A DNA stretch of 64,000 nucleotides from Eledone cirrhosa. Lineage: Eukaryota. Positions 26,962 to 39,129 of the stretch are shown here, piece after piece. Numbering within the stretch: position 1 is the stretch's first letter; each line of letters opens with the position of its first letter. The notes below the pieces were generated by a model. The model did not search any database, was not told the DNA's origin, and saw only the letters and a program-made list of their open reading frames with translations. The DNA lies in contig OZ024740.1 in the NCBI GenBank assembly GCA_964016885.1, positions 69,378,001 to 69,442,000 on the forward strand, written 5' to 3'. Made by a program: the position numbers and the translations under genes.

Positions 26962-27591
26962 GAGAAGAAAGAAGAATACTGCGTGGTTTGCACATGGGTT
27001 ACATATGATAAAAATAGTCCTTCGTCAGTGATTTTCCAACCATCATTGGTATTTCATCGCATTAAAAATCAGATACCTCAGGTTGGTGCGAGCAATAACT
27101 AAAAAACGTTATTGGGACCAGACTTCGCGTAAGGGGAGGGGGACAAGTAAACAACATAGAAGGATAAAAGCAAACCGAAGATAGGAAAATAAACAAACAA
27201 GATGGTTGTCCAATCAGCATAAGCTGGGTGGATTTCATGAGCGAGAGAGGTACAGAGCGTGTTGATGTGTGTGAGAAGTGAGCAAGAAGAGACCCACACA
27301 AACCAAACGGGAGGAAGTGAGAAGGGGAGAAAGAGAGAGTGGGTGAGTGGAAGTGTGAGGAAGAGGTCAGTCGAGAGAAAGTGTAACTGACAGAGGGGGC
27401 GAAATAAGGTGAGAGAAACAGAGAGAGCGGGGAAGCAGTAAGAGAGAAACAGACAAACGCAGCCGAGGTAAATATATATAAAAAACATGAGAAGAAAGAA
27501 GAACAATGCGTGGTTTGCACATGGGTTACATATGATAAAAATACTCCTTCGCCAGTGATTTTCCAACCATCATTGGTATTTCATCGCATTA
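26946..27591. repeat. Segment bounded by ~117-bp direct repeats (26948-27064 and 27474-27591)
   Basis: AAAACATGAGAAGAAAGAAGAA...TTTCATCGCATTA occurs twice around a purine-rich spacer. Confidence 0.85.
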
Positions 27592-28716
27592 TATATATAT
27601 TGAAAGGATAACAAGGACGATATATATGTATATATATATATATTCATTAGTTAGGCAACACAAGACCACAACTTTCACAAGGAAGACATTATTAAAAGAT
27701 TGTCAACATATTTTAGTTTGATGTAAGGAATGTAGAGAATAATAATAATAATATTAATAATAATAATGTCCGTTTACAATTGTTTCGCTACTCCATATAA
27801 TATTTCTTGATCAAATGATTATATATCATTATTGATCTGGTTCAGTTGAAAATAATTAACTTGGGTAAAATTCAAAAGGAATATAAATTAAAATAAGGAA
27901 AGAATGTTACATAAATGTAATGTTCCATATATTGGTATGGTGTCCTGGGTATATCAATTGTCTGCCATAGTCGAGCAGTATTCTTCTGTCGAAGCTGCAT
28001 TGTGTGAGATCTGCCTATGAGTAACAAGATGGCCGCCAATGGACATATTTACGTTACTAATTAAAGGGTGGTTTCAGGGGAAGTAACTCCTCGAGGGATT
28101 AGAAATTGTGGGTACATTATAGTTAAGTGCTAATTTTTTTAATTTTTTAATTCAAGACAATGTAAGGGAGGTAACTTATAATTATCTACGTTAGTTATAG
28201 CTATTTAACTTATTAGCTACAAGTAAAAATGGGACAAGATGACTATATTGGGTCAAATATTCTGTTGGCAAAGGAATTAGCCCTTCGATGTTGACAGCTA
28301 ATAGTTACCCCGTTCTATCGTTAATCGGTAGAGGTCGTGATAGAGTTATGTAATATGCTTCGGTAAGACAGAGGTCACAAGATTTTCTTCGTCCATTGAA
28401 TGGTTAGGCCCTAGCCAAGATATCCCATATTAGTGAGTGTTCAATTTTGGTTAATTTAAGGTTTTTAATGAGCCTAGATAGAGATCTCGAACATCTGTTG
28501 TTAGGGTCTCGGAAGGAAAAAGAGTGCGCGTTATAGCGTACCTTAAAATGGTTAGGGTAGACCCTATATAGTAGCTGGTATGAATACTGCTCGACTATGA
28601 GAAGTATACTGCTCGACTATGGCAGTCAATTGATATACCCAGGACACCATACCAATATATGGAACATTACATTGATGTAACATTCTTTCCTTATTTGAAT
28701 TTGTATTCCTTTTGAA

Positions 28717-28835
28717 GTTCCGATGAGCTGCTCTAATTGTACCCAAGTTAATTATTTTCAACTGGACCAGATAAATAGTGATATATAATCATTTGATTCA
28801 GAAATATTATATGGAGTAGCGAAACAATTGTAAAC
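28717..28835 (+). ncRNA. Hammerhead motif, CCGATGA core, 94-nt extended stem II
   Basis: GTT-CCGATGA-GCTGCTCTA...TGGAGTAGC-GAAA-CAATTG-TA-AAC; second copy at 32069-32182. Confidence 0.75.
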
Positions 28836-29179
28836 GGACATTATTATTATTAATATTATTATTATTCTCTACATTCCTTACATCGAACTAAAATATGTTG
28901 ACAATATTTTAATAATGTCTTCCATGTGAAATTTGTGGTCTTGTTTTGCGTAACTAATGAATATTTCCAGCTCTGTCCACCTAGCCTCTGCATGAACCCA
29001 GCCACCTAGCTGCCTTCCACTGCATATTGCACATTGAGCACATGCCTTTACGCTTTGATTTCTAACTAATTCACCTATCTCTCCTCTCCTATCTCCATCT
29101 ATCTCTTTAAGATTGGTTGCTCTTGAACCTGTGTATACTTGAGCTCCCGTAGTTGAGCTATTTACTGTTAGAAGTCACC

Positions 29180-31720
29180 ATGTTGAGCAAGCAGGAACTC
29201 AGGATTTCACTTAAGTCTATACCTATCCCGGACAGGAAGACATACCTCAAACTCCTAATACAGAGTGTCAACTCTTTCATCCGAAGAATACGATGGAAAG
29301 CCTTTCCACTTCGACCATGCGGGTGCTGCTGACGCCGGATATACAGCAAACAGATATGGATTTACCACCTGCAAGAACCCTCCACACGACATCCTGGTGG
29401 ACACTTTTGAGAAAGATCTATTTAACTTCGTCAGGAGCATTAAATTCAAAAAGCATTATAGACACAAGAATAATTTCCTCACAAAATTAGCAATAACATT
29501 AAACAAATTTAAAGATAGCCACATCTTACATGTTATATCTGACAAAACTAAAATTCTATACACCATGACTCCTGAAACTTACAACTCTTTCCTTCTTAAG
29601 GAACTCAATAAACACTATAAAACAACTATACCCTCCAGTGTAAACTTACTTAACCGAAAAGCCCAGGCTTTGGTTAAGGACTTGCATCTGGATAGATTTA
29701 CCCACCCTTATGTACCTACAACCCCAAGGTTTTCTCTCAAGGATTACAAGCCAAACTTTATAGAGAACCCATCTATTAGACTTATAAGCCCAACCACATC
29801 CGACTTCAGTGGTATCAGTAAGAACATCCTTGATAGGATAATCCCTGGGCTACGAGATGATATCACCTACAAGCTGTGGTCCAACACCGGCCAAGTCATT
29901 ATATGGTTCTCCGATCTAAGGTCCAAGAAATCTATGAGGTTCATCCAATTTTACATTGACAGCTATTACGCTTCAATAACCCCGGAACTGCTCAACAAAG
30001 CATTAACCCTAGCCAGCACCAACTCTGACATAACCAATAATGAGATTGACGTCATACTTATGACTAGGCAGATCATCATTGAATTCAACGGAACACTCTG
30101 GACTAGAAAAGACAGAGCAGACAACTTTGACATCACGATGGGCTCAAGTGACTCCGCGTAAATCACTGATTTAGTTGGAATTTACCTATTACATATCATC
30201 AGAGCCGAAATGCAACCCTTGCAAGGCGGAATATACAGGGACGACGCCCTATTTGCAGTCCACAATTGCACTAATCGGGGCATTGATTTGCTAAAAAAAA
30301 ACAATTACATAGATTCTTTAAAAATAACGGTCTCTCTATCACCATCGAGCCGAACCATAAAGTAGTAAACTTCCTAGAAGTTACCCTGGATCTTAACAAT
30401 AACCTATATTACCCTTACCAAAAACCAGGTGAAATACTAACATATATTAGCCCACACTCTAACCACCCACCGGCAGTCATCAGAGCAGTAATCAAATCTA
30501 TCTCGTATAGGATCTCCATGCTATCAGCAAATGAGGAGATATTTATAAACCATGCGGCATATTATAATAAGGCTCTTTCTGAATCTGGTTATGAACAGTC
30601 CATTAACTACATACCTAAATGCCATAACACAGCAACTCACCACAGCCATAATAAACTTAACACTAGAACTAGAAATACCTTAGCAAATATCCAGATTCGC
30701 TGGAATTTTAGCAGTAACAGCACTTATACAGGGAACCTTAATGGTGGCAGTGGCCTGCTTCCCACTCCAAGTAGCAAACTAAAAATCAACTCTAGAATAT
30801 GAATGAGCAATGGGATGGCAAATAATAAATGCCCAGGTAATAATAACCCTATGAAGGCCCCTACCAACTCCACTAGAACCCCTAGAGGGAATAGGCCTAG
30901 AAATATCACCTGGCTTAACACCCCATTCTCATCTAATCTAGCCACTTATATCCCTAAACGCTTCTTCTATATCCTATCTAAACTTCCCCCCCCCCCCCAA
31001 CCATAGATATTACAAACTCTTTAATAAAAATAACATTAAAATCTCATTCTCCACACCACCTAACTTAGCAAGCTACATCGCATTCAGTAACCATCATAAA
31101 CTAAGACAGTATAACGCCCACACCGCGCTACCACCACCCCCATCAAATACACAACGCCACTACTCCAATACTTACTCTAGTAGCACACCTCCCCCATCTA
31201 ATCCTTCTAGCACTGACCAACCGCTTAGGTTAAACAACCATACTCTCACTAACTGCAGACGTAACTGCAAATGCCGTTACACTAATGCATGCCCACTAAA
31301 TGGACATTGCCTGACACCCAACATAGTCTATAGGTGCACGGTTAAAACAGCTTCGCATACCAACTCATATATCGGGTCTACATCTAACCCTTTTAAGGTA
31401 CGCTATAACGCGCACTCTTTTTCCTTCCGAGACCCTAACAACAGATGTTCGACATCTCTAGCTAGGCTCATTAAAAACCTTAAATTAACCAACATTGAAC
31501 ACTCACTAACATGGGATATCTTGTCTAGGGCCCAACCGTTCAATGGACGAAGAAAATCTTGTAACCTCTGTCTTACCGAAGCATATTACATAACTCTATC
31601 ACGACCTCTACCGATTAACGATAATCGGAGGTAAATATTAGCTGTCGACATCGAAGGACTAATTCCTTCGCTAACAGAATATTTGACCCAACATAGTCAT
31701 CTTGTCCCATCTTTACTTGT
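29180..31720 (+). pseudogene. Naiad PLE RT/GIY-YIG ORF, disrupted
   Basis: MLSKQELRISLKSIPIP...FIRRIRWKAF, frameshift, YGFTTCKNPP...FDITMGSSDSA, TAA at 30159, YRDD, SNHPP, RNITWLNTPF, CKCRYTNACPLNGHC, YIGSTSNPFKVRY, CNLCLTE, SCRHR. Confidence 0.92.
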
Positions 31721-32187
31721 AGCTAATAAGTTAAATTGCTATAACTAACTTAGATAATTATAAGTTACCTCCCTTACATTGTCTCTCAATTAAAAAATTA
31801 AAAAATTAGCACTTAACTATAAACTACCCACAATTTCTAATCTCTCGAGGAGTTACTTCCCCTGAAACCACCCTCTTAATTGTATGGTAAACATGTCCAT
31901 TGGCGGCCATCTTGTTACCCATAGGCAGATCTCACACAATGCAGCTTTGACAGAAGAATAATGCTCGACTATGGCAGACAATTGATACACCCAGGACACC
32001 ATACCAATATATGGAACATTACATTTATGTAACATTCTTTCCTTATTTTAATTTATATTCCTTTTGAAGTTCCGATGAGCTGCTCTAATTGTACCTAAGC
32101 TATTTTCAGCTGAACCAGATCAATAATGATATATAATCATTTGATCAAGAAATATTATATGGAGTAGCGAAAGAATTGTAACTTTGG

Positions 32188-32286
32188 TTAACTTTGCCTT
32201 TCATCCTTACGGGGTCGATAAAATAAAGTACCAGTAATACACTGAGATAATTGCTGGCCTTGTGCCAAAAGTAGAAACAATTATTA
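32188..32286 (+). mobile_element. SINE 3' fragment inserted in the Naiad 3' pLTR
   Basis: CTTTGCCTTTCATCCTTACGGGGTCGATAAAATAAAGTACCAGT...GGCCTTGTGCC; absent from the other two pLTR copies; same fragment at 51572-51666. Confidence 0.8.
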
Positions 32287-33316
32287 TTAATATTATGATT
32301 ATTATTCTCTACATTCCTTACATCAAACTAAAATATGTTGACAATCTTTTAATAATGTCTTCCTTGTGAAATTTGTGGTCTTGTTTTGCTTAACTAATGA
32401 ATATTTCCAGCTCTGTGCATCTAATCTCTGCATGAACCCAACCATCTAGCTGCCTCCCACTGCATATTGCACATTGACCACATGCCTTTACGCTTTGGCT
32501 TCTAACTAATTCACCAATCTCTCCTCTCCTATCTCCTCTCCTATCTCCCTCTCTCTCTCTTTAAGTTTGGTTACTCTTGAACTGTGTATATATATATATA
32601 GTATTTTTGCTATAATAAACTTTATAATAAACCTTTAGAAGGATATCCCTATTCGAATTAATATTTAACTCCGTTCCTGAACCAGCTGCGGGATTCAACA
32701 TCAACGATGGATCAGTTACATGACGAAGAACTATTTTCCAACTAGTACATTATGGTTACCAAAAGGGAATGACCAGTTCTATCCACTATATATGATATGT
32801 GTGTATGTGGTCGGGGTGTATGCATAGATAATGAAGTTAAGCCGAAATTACCCTTTGAGTGGGAATGCAAATCAACTTGGCAAAAGGAAGGCAATTCGAA
32901 TTTATATTATGCCCCAAACATGGCTTCCAAGACTCAAAGGGAAAGCATTTAGAATATGAGATAAACTCTATTAGAGACAATTTACTTTTTACAGTTATAT
33001 ATATATATATATATATATATATGAAGTAATTCCGTCGGAAAAGTCCAGGATAAAAAAAGTGCTCTATGTAGGTAACAGAGCTTAATAGTTATGTATAAAC
33101 AACATAAGGCAATATTTCATTTACCAGTGGTTTCTTAAAAGCAAAATAAATGTTGCTTTCAATCATCAGAATGAAAAAATCCTGGCGTATTTATTGACTT
33201 TGGATTTTAAAAACAAAAATGCAATCTATATGAAAGTGAGGCTGCAGAAGGAAGAAGAAAAGGAAAAATAAAATAAAAACACAGATGCAAACACACACGC
33301 ACACAATTATATACAT

Positions 33317-33347
<31 letters not shown>

Positions 33348-33612
33348 CATACACACATACATACACACACAAAAAAATAAATATAAGAAAATAAAGATTA
33401 TTATAAAGTTGACAGCGATACAGGCAACAAATAAATGAACAAACACACGTGGTAAACGATACACACAATTGCACATACACATACATACGTAATAATAAAT
33501 ATATCACACACTCTCACACATAAATATACATATAGAAATACATAAACACATACGTACGCATACACAAATACATACACACATACACATACATATATACACA
33601 CACATATACATA

Positions 33613-33669
<57 letters not shown>

Positions 33670-33932
33670 TACATACATAGCCATACAATTATACACATAC
33701 ATATACATATCACAAACACGCACAACCAAATACAAACACACACATATATATATTTGTGTAAAACTCATTCTTAGATAATTCATATGAACCATAATTCATA
33801 TTTAACTCTAAAATAAATATATATATATATATATATATATACATACACATACATACACATACATACATACTCACATACACATATATACCTACACACACAT
33901 ATATACATACATATACGTATGCATACGTACAT

Positions 33933-33963
<31 letters not shown>

Positions 33964-34453
33964 TATATAACTCAATATATATATATATATATATATGAGA
34001 AAGGACATAAATATTATAAAATAAATATTGTATATATAAAAAAATATTGTATATATAAAAATAAAAATAAAAATAAAAATAAAAATAAAAATAAAAATAA
34101 AAATAAAAATAAAAATAAAAATAAAAATAAAAATAAAAATAAAAATAAAAATAAAAATAAAAATGAAAATAAAAAGTTGGGAACACGACAAATAATAAAT
34201 GAAAAAAATATATATTTAGAAAAGTGTATAAATGCTTATAGCAGATTTAGAGCACTCAACAAGTTCCTGGGGTAAAAGATCAATGAAAATAATCATTAAA
34301 CCACTATATGTAATGATGCATATACATACACCCTTATGCATATATATATATACACACACACACATACACACATATATATATACATACACACACCCATACA
34401 CACAAAAACACAGCATCAGAAATACACACACACATACATTTACGTATATATAC

Positions 34454-34503
<50 letters not shown>

Positions 34504-35115
34504 TGGTGGCTGCCAACTCGTTTTCGAGTATGGCCACTACATTATATGCATATAGGAGAACCCCTACGGATGCGCTGAACGAGTGTGACTTTTTAGTCCA
34601 GCCAGCGATTTGAAAACTCTGGTACAAACACTACACTTTTTACAATTATTGACACATAGTGCTGGGCCCATGGTACCATCTGACGACAAGTGCAAAGAGA
34701 TCTCCAGATATAAAGCAATGCCTGTGCCGTGAAGCTTTTATAGTGAGCAAAGGCACTGCACAAAGCCAGTCCCACTCTCTTAAACAAGATGATATGTACC
34801 AAAAAGAAGAACAATTCAACATCATTGGATACGATATATATACACACATGTATATATATATACACACACATAGGAAAAGGTCTGACCCTACGGCAGAGCT
34901 CAAGCCTTTTCTGAGGCTATTATATATAAACACACAAAACCATTATATAAAAAAATACAAATACACGCACAAATATACACACGCCCATACATACACATTA
35001 AAGTTATATATACACACATACATACATACACATATATACATACATATGTATATATATATAAAATATATATATATATATATACACACCTATATACACACAT
35101 ACATACATACATACA

Positions 35116-35147
<32 letters not shown>

Positions 35148-35296
35148 AATATATACGTATACGCGCACAAATACAGCAGAAATAATTAATATATACGATA
35201 AAATCTACATATACAATTACATACAGATAGATATAAACATACATACACACACGTATATACATACACATATCCATATACACAAACATATACACATAT

Positions 35297-35380
<84 letters not shown>

Positions 35381-35414
35381 AGATTTGAATGGATACAGTT
35401 TAGTTGAAAGGAAT

Positions 35415-35531
35415 TTATTGACACGTGTTTCTATAACAGTTACATAACCTAAAACAGCTATCTACAAACTTTTAGTTATGCAGACATTCAATATTTCAAT
35501 GTTATTATTTACTGTCATTTCATCAGAATAA
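35415..35531 (-). ncRNA. Hammerhead ribozyme with extended stem II (inverted pLTR copy)
   Basis: Reverse complement of 38829-38945. Confidence 0.85.
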
Positions 35532-35662
35532 TATTACTGAGGACCTATTTAGTTTTTATAGAGAATATTAGGAGGGAGGGGTGAAGTTGTTAGAAGAATA
35601 GTTGAAGGAGTGGTTTTTCGATAGCAGTGAGAATTCTTGGTGGCAGTGAGTAAAGAAGCCGT

Positions 35663-37894
35663 ATGAACTCAACATTAGAAAGTGGTGTAAACAACAAATT
35701 CGGTTTTAGGACTTATAAAAACCCACCCACCAACCCACTATTAGATGCATTTGAGCAGGACCTTATGAACTTAATCCTTAAAATTAAATTCAAAGGACGC
35801 AACACCAACAGCAAATTACAGAAAGATATAAAAAAACTACTGGACGACCTTAAAAACACCAAAGGAATTGTAGTAAAAGCGGACAAAACATCAAACCTGT
35901 ACACTATGGATTGCACTACATACAACAACTTCATTCGAAAAGAATTACATAAAAAATATAGAAAAACGAGTGAAGTAACCCTTAAGCACATCAATGATGA
36001 GGCATGCGAAATAGTGAAAAATCTCGGAATCGAAGATAGGACAGGACCACTCTTACCGGCGGTACCCACCTTCAATCTTAAGGACCACAAGGTAAACTTT
36101 GATAATGACCCTAAAATTAGATTAATCTGCCCCTCTAAATCAGATATAGGTAAAATAAGCAAATATATCTTAGATAGAATCATCCCCCAAATTAAGGCTA
36201 AGATTAACATTAAACTCTGGGGGAAGACCCAAGAAGCAATAAGATGGTTTAATAGCATTAGCAATAAGAATAAATCTAAGTTTATCCAGTTTGATATCGA
36301 TGAATATTACTCATCGATATCACCTGAAACTTTGAATAGAGCCATTAAGTTTGCTAAGGATAACTCTGACCTTACAAACGATGAAATTAAGATTATATTA
36401 GAAGCTAGGAAAACTATAGTCAAATTTGAGAACAGTTATTGGGTACGTAAAGATAGACCCTCTAACTTTGACATAACAATGGGCTCTAACGATTCGGCGG
36501 AAATAACTGATATTGTGGGGTTATTTATCGCCATTAGACTCCAGGAAAAATTCAGCAATCTCCACGGCGGAACATACCGCGACGATGTTCTCCTCCTAGC
36601 TAAAAACCTTAATAACCAAAAACTAGAAAAACTACGCAAAGATATAAGAAAACTACTACTCGAAATAGGACTAACTATAACATATGAATACAACCTTAAA
36701 GTAGTTAACTTCCTGGATGTCACACTCAATTTAAACTCTGGTTTGATTAAACCGTTTCATAAATTGAATGAAAATCTCAAATACGTAAATGTTGGGTCTA
36801 ACCACCCCATCTCTATAATTAAATCTATCCCTAAAAATATTTCCCTTAGAATCTCGGGTCTATCTTCTAACATACAAGTTTTTAAGGAACACGCCGAGTA
36901 CTACGATAACGCCCTTAGTAAAGCAGGCTACCTCAACAAAATAGAGTACATAGATGGGAACAATCAAAACACCCAAAATAAATCCCACATAGGTAGATAT
37001 AATAACACAACACCAAACCACACTTACTACCATAGTATGCACACCAGTAAACCAACAAACAAAACTAATAGAAAGCGATGCAAAGAGTACTTATGGTATA
37101 TCCCCGAATACAATAGCTCCATTAGTACAAATTTACCAGTACTCTTCTTTAAAATAATTAAAAGACATTTTCCCACATCACACAAATACCACAAAATCCT
37201 AAACCCTACCACTATAAGACTGTCATACTCTACAGCGTTAAACCTTGAACAACACATAAAAAAGATCAATACTAGAAGGTTAAACGAAAACACTAAGAAC
37301 TTAAGTACAAAGAACACAAAAAAAACAGTAGACAATACACTACAGAACATAAATAAACCACACCTAAGTTCGTCCGCAATACTACTCCAGAGAAAACCCA
37401 ACGTACACAACTGTAACTGCACCTATCCTGACAACTGCCCCCTCGGCAATAACTGCCTGGAAAAAAATATTATTTATAAGTGTACCATTAAATCCGGAGG
37501 CAACGAGTGGTATTACGTGGGATCAACGGCAACATCGTTTAAATCTCGATTGTATAGGCATTCTTACTCAATAAAACACCAGAGCCAAAGAAATGTAACA
37601 ACTTTAGCAGAAAAAGCTTGGACGCTCAGGGATAGCGACCAAAAGTTTACCCTAAAATGGGAAAAATTAGCTAAAACCCAAAGCTTTTCCAGGAGCCAAA
37701 ATTTCTGCAAATTGTGTAATCTTGAGATTTATTACATAATCACACACAAGAAGAAACTGCTGAATAACAGAATTGAACGAACATTATTCTGCCGTCACAG
37801 AACTAAAACCCTTTTTCCCACTACAAGCCGAATATTACATAAAAGAGGGACATCCCCCAACTATATAAACCTTAATCTAGTTAGAAAAATATAA
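35663..37894 (+). CDS. Penelope-like (Naiad-type) reverse transcriptase with Cys-rich linker and GIY-YIG endonuclease, 743 aa, N-terminally truncated
   Basis: Uninterrupted ORF: ADKTSNLY, LKDHK, FIQFDIDEYY, ITMGSNDSAE, YRDD, VNFLDV, SNHP, CNCTYPDNCPLGNNC, IIYKC...YYVGSTATSFKSR, CKLCNLE, LLNNRIE...FCRH. Confidence 0.95.
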   Translation: MNSTLESGVNNKFGFRTYKNPPTNPLLDAFEQDLMNLILKIKFKGRNTNSKLQKDIKKLLDDLKNTKGIVVKADKTSNLYTMDCTTYNNFIRKELHKKYRKTSEVTLKHINDEACEIVKNLGIEDRTGPLLPAVPTFNLKDHKVNFDNDPKIRLICPSKSDIGKISKYILDRIIPQIKAKINIKLWGKTQEAIRWFNSISNKNKSKFIQFDIDEYYSSISPETLNRAIKFAKDNSDLTNDEIKIILEARKTIVKFENSYWVRKDRPSNFDITMGSNDSAEITDIVGLFIAIRLQEKFSNLHGGTYRDDVLLLAKNLNNQKLEKLRKDIRKLLLEIGLTITYEYNLKVVNFLDVTLNLNSGLIKPFHKLNENLKYVNVGSNHPISIIKSIPKNISLRISGLSSNIQVFKEHAEYYDNALSKAGYLNKIEYIDGNNQNTQNKSHIGRYNNTTPNHTYYHSMHTSKPTNKTNRKRCKEYLWYIPEYNSSISTNLPVLFFKIIKRHFPTSHKYHKILNPTTIRLSYSTALNLEQHIKKINTRRLNENTKNLSTKNTKKTVDNTLQNINKPHLSSSAILLQRKPNVHNCNCTYPDNCPLGNNCLEKNIIYKCTIKSGGNEWYYVGSTATSFKSRLYRHSYSIKHQSQRNVTTLAEKAWTLRDSDQKFTLKWEKLAKTQSFSRSQNFCKLCNLEIYYIITHKKKLLNNRIERTLFCRHRTKTLFPTTSRILHKRGTSPNYINLNLVRKI

Positions 37895-38157
37895 AAACAA
37901 TCTCTTCTCAACATATATTAATAACCTTAAATTACCATACTAATAATGAAAAGATATGCTGATGAGAATAGGTACAAATATGCGATAATGAATGTGTCTA
38001 AAAACGTCCATAAGTATGTATATATATGTGAAAATGTATATAAATAAGTAAATATATATATATGTTTGATGTGTATAGTTAGATGTAAGTGTATTCATGT
38101 ATTAAAGTGCTTATATATATATGTATATGTATATATGTGTATATGTATATATATGTA

Positions 38158-38246
<89 letters not shown>

Positions 38247-38828
38247 GTATATATATGTATATATGTATGTATATATGTGTATATGGATGTGTAAGTATGT
38301 GTATGTGTGTACACATGGACTAGAGTATGTATGTATATATGTGTGTGTCTATACGTGTGTATATAAAGATAAGTTGAGTATGAAAATGTATACACATGAG
38401 CGCGTATGTATGTACATGAATACATGTGTGTATATATATGTGTATGCATGTGTATATATATGTAAGTATGAATATGTGAATTGTGAGTATATGTATTTTG
38501 TAGAGGTGTGCAAATATATTTGTGTGTGAATGCGTGGGTGTAAGGATACGTACACTTGAAAGAAAAATTTAAGTCTGAATGTTAATTAAGTGCAAACACA
38601 AAACCAACCACGCATATCTTTACTATCTCTAATCCTTCTATAGATTTAGAAAAATAACCAATAATATATTCTATAAAAAATGTCAAAACAACAGATGGGA
38701 ATCTAATTACTCACTGCCACCAAGAATTCTCACTGCTATCGAAAAACCACTCCTTCAACTATTCTTCTAACAACTTCACCCCTCCCTCCTAATATTCTCT
38801 ATAAAAACTAAATAGGTCCTCACTAATA

Positions 38829-38945
38829 TTATTCTGATGAAATGACAGTAAATAATAACATTGAAATATTGAATGTCTGCATAACTAAAAGTTTGTAGAT
38901 AGCTGTTTTAGGTTATGTAACTGTTATAGAAACACGTGTCAATAA
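38829..38945 (+). ncRNA. Hammerhead ribozyme with 88-nt extended stem II
   Basis: TTATT-CTGATGA-[A-ATGACAGT...ACTGTTAT-A]-GAAA-CACGTG-TC-AATAA; canonical core, GUC site, palindromic stem III. Confidence 0.88.
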
Positions 38946-39129
38946 ATTCCTTTCAACTAAACTGTATCCATTCAAATCTTTCTATTTTTCTCCGGATTAC
39001 TTTTGGAACTACAACTGGAACCGTTGAGCAAACTCTACGTGAGCTGATAATCTACTGTGTGTAATATTTATATTACAACACGACGGAAAATACTGTATAT
39101 ATATATATATATATATATATACATACATG

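Larger units (their letters stand above)
27642..32590 (+). mobile_element. Full-length decayed Naiad-type PLE: inverted 3' copy + direct pLTR + ORF + pLTR
   Basis: 27642-28571 is the reverse complement of ~31368-32404. Direct pLTRs at ~28607-29137 and ~31960-32590. ORF starts at ATG 29180. Confidence 0.92.
35375..39095 (+). mobile_element. Young Naiad-type PLE with inverted 5' pLTR
   Basis: 35375-35653 is a near-perfect reverse complement of 38707-38984. Open ORF, and a tail at 38985-39095 present only at the 3' end. Flanked by (TA)n. Confidence 0.95.

Noticed and set aside
37955-38012. Second HHR-like motif after the Naiad stop (TATG-CTGATGA...AAAA-CG-TC-CATA)
   Set aside because: GAAA is replaced by AAAA and there is no room for stem III; at best a relic
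29180-38930. Selenoprotein/SECIS coding, which is known in some Naiad PLEs
   Set aside because: Conserved Cys positions are TGT/TGC. The in-frame TGA at 30800 lies in a variable linker. The stem II hairpin at 38841-38928 has an AAA loop but lacks a properly placed 3' GA of the SECIS quartet. A SECISearch run would settle it
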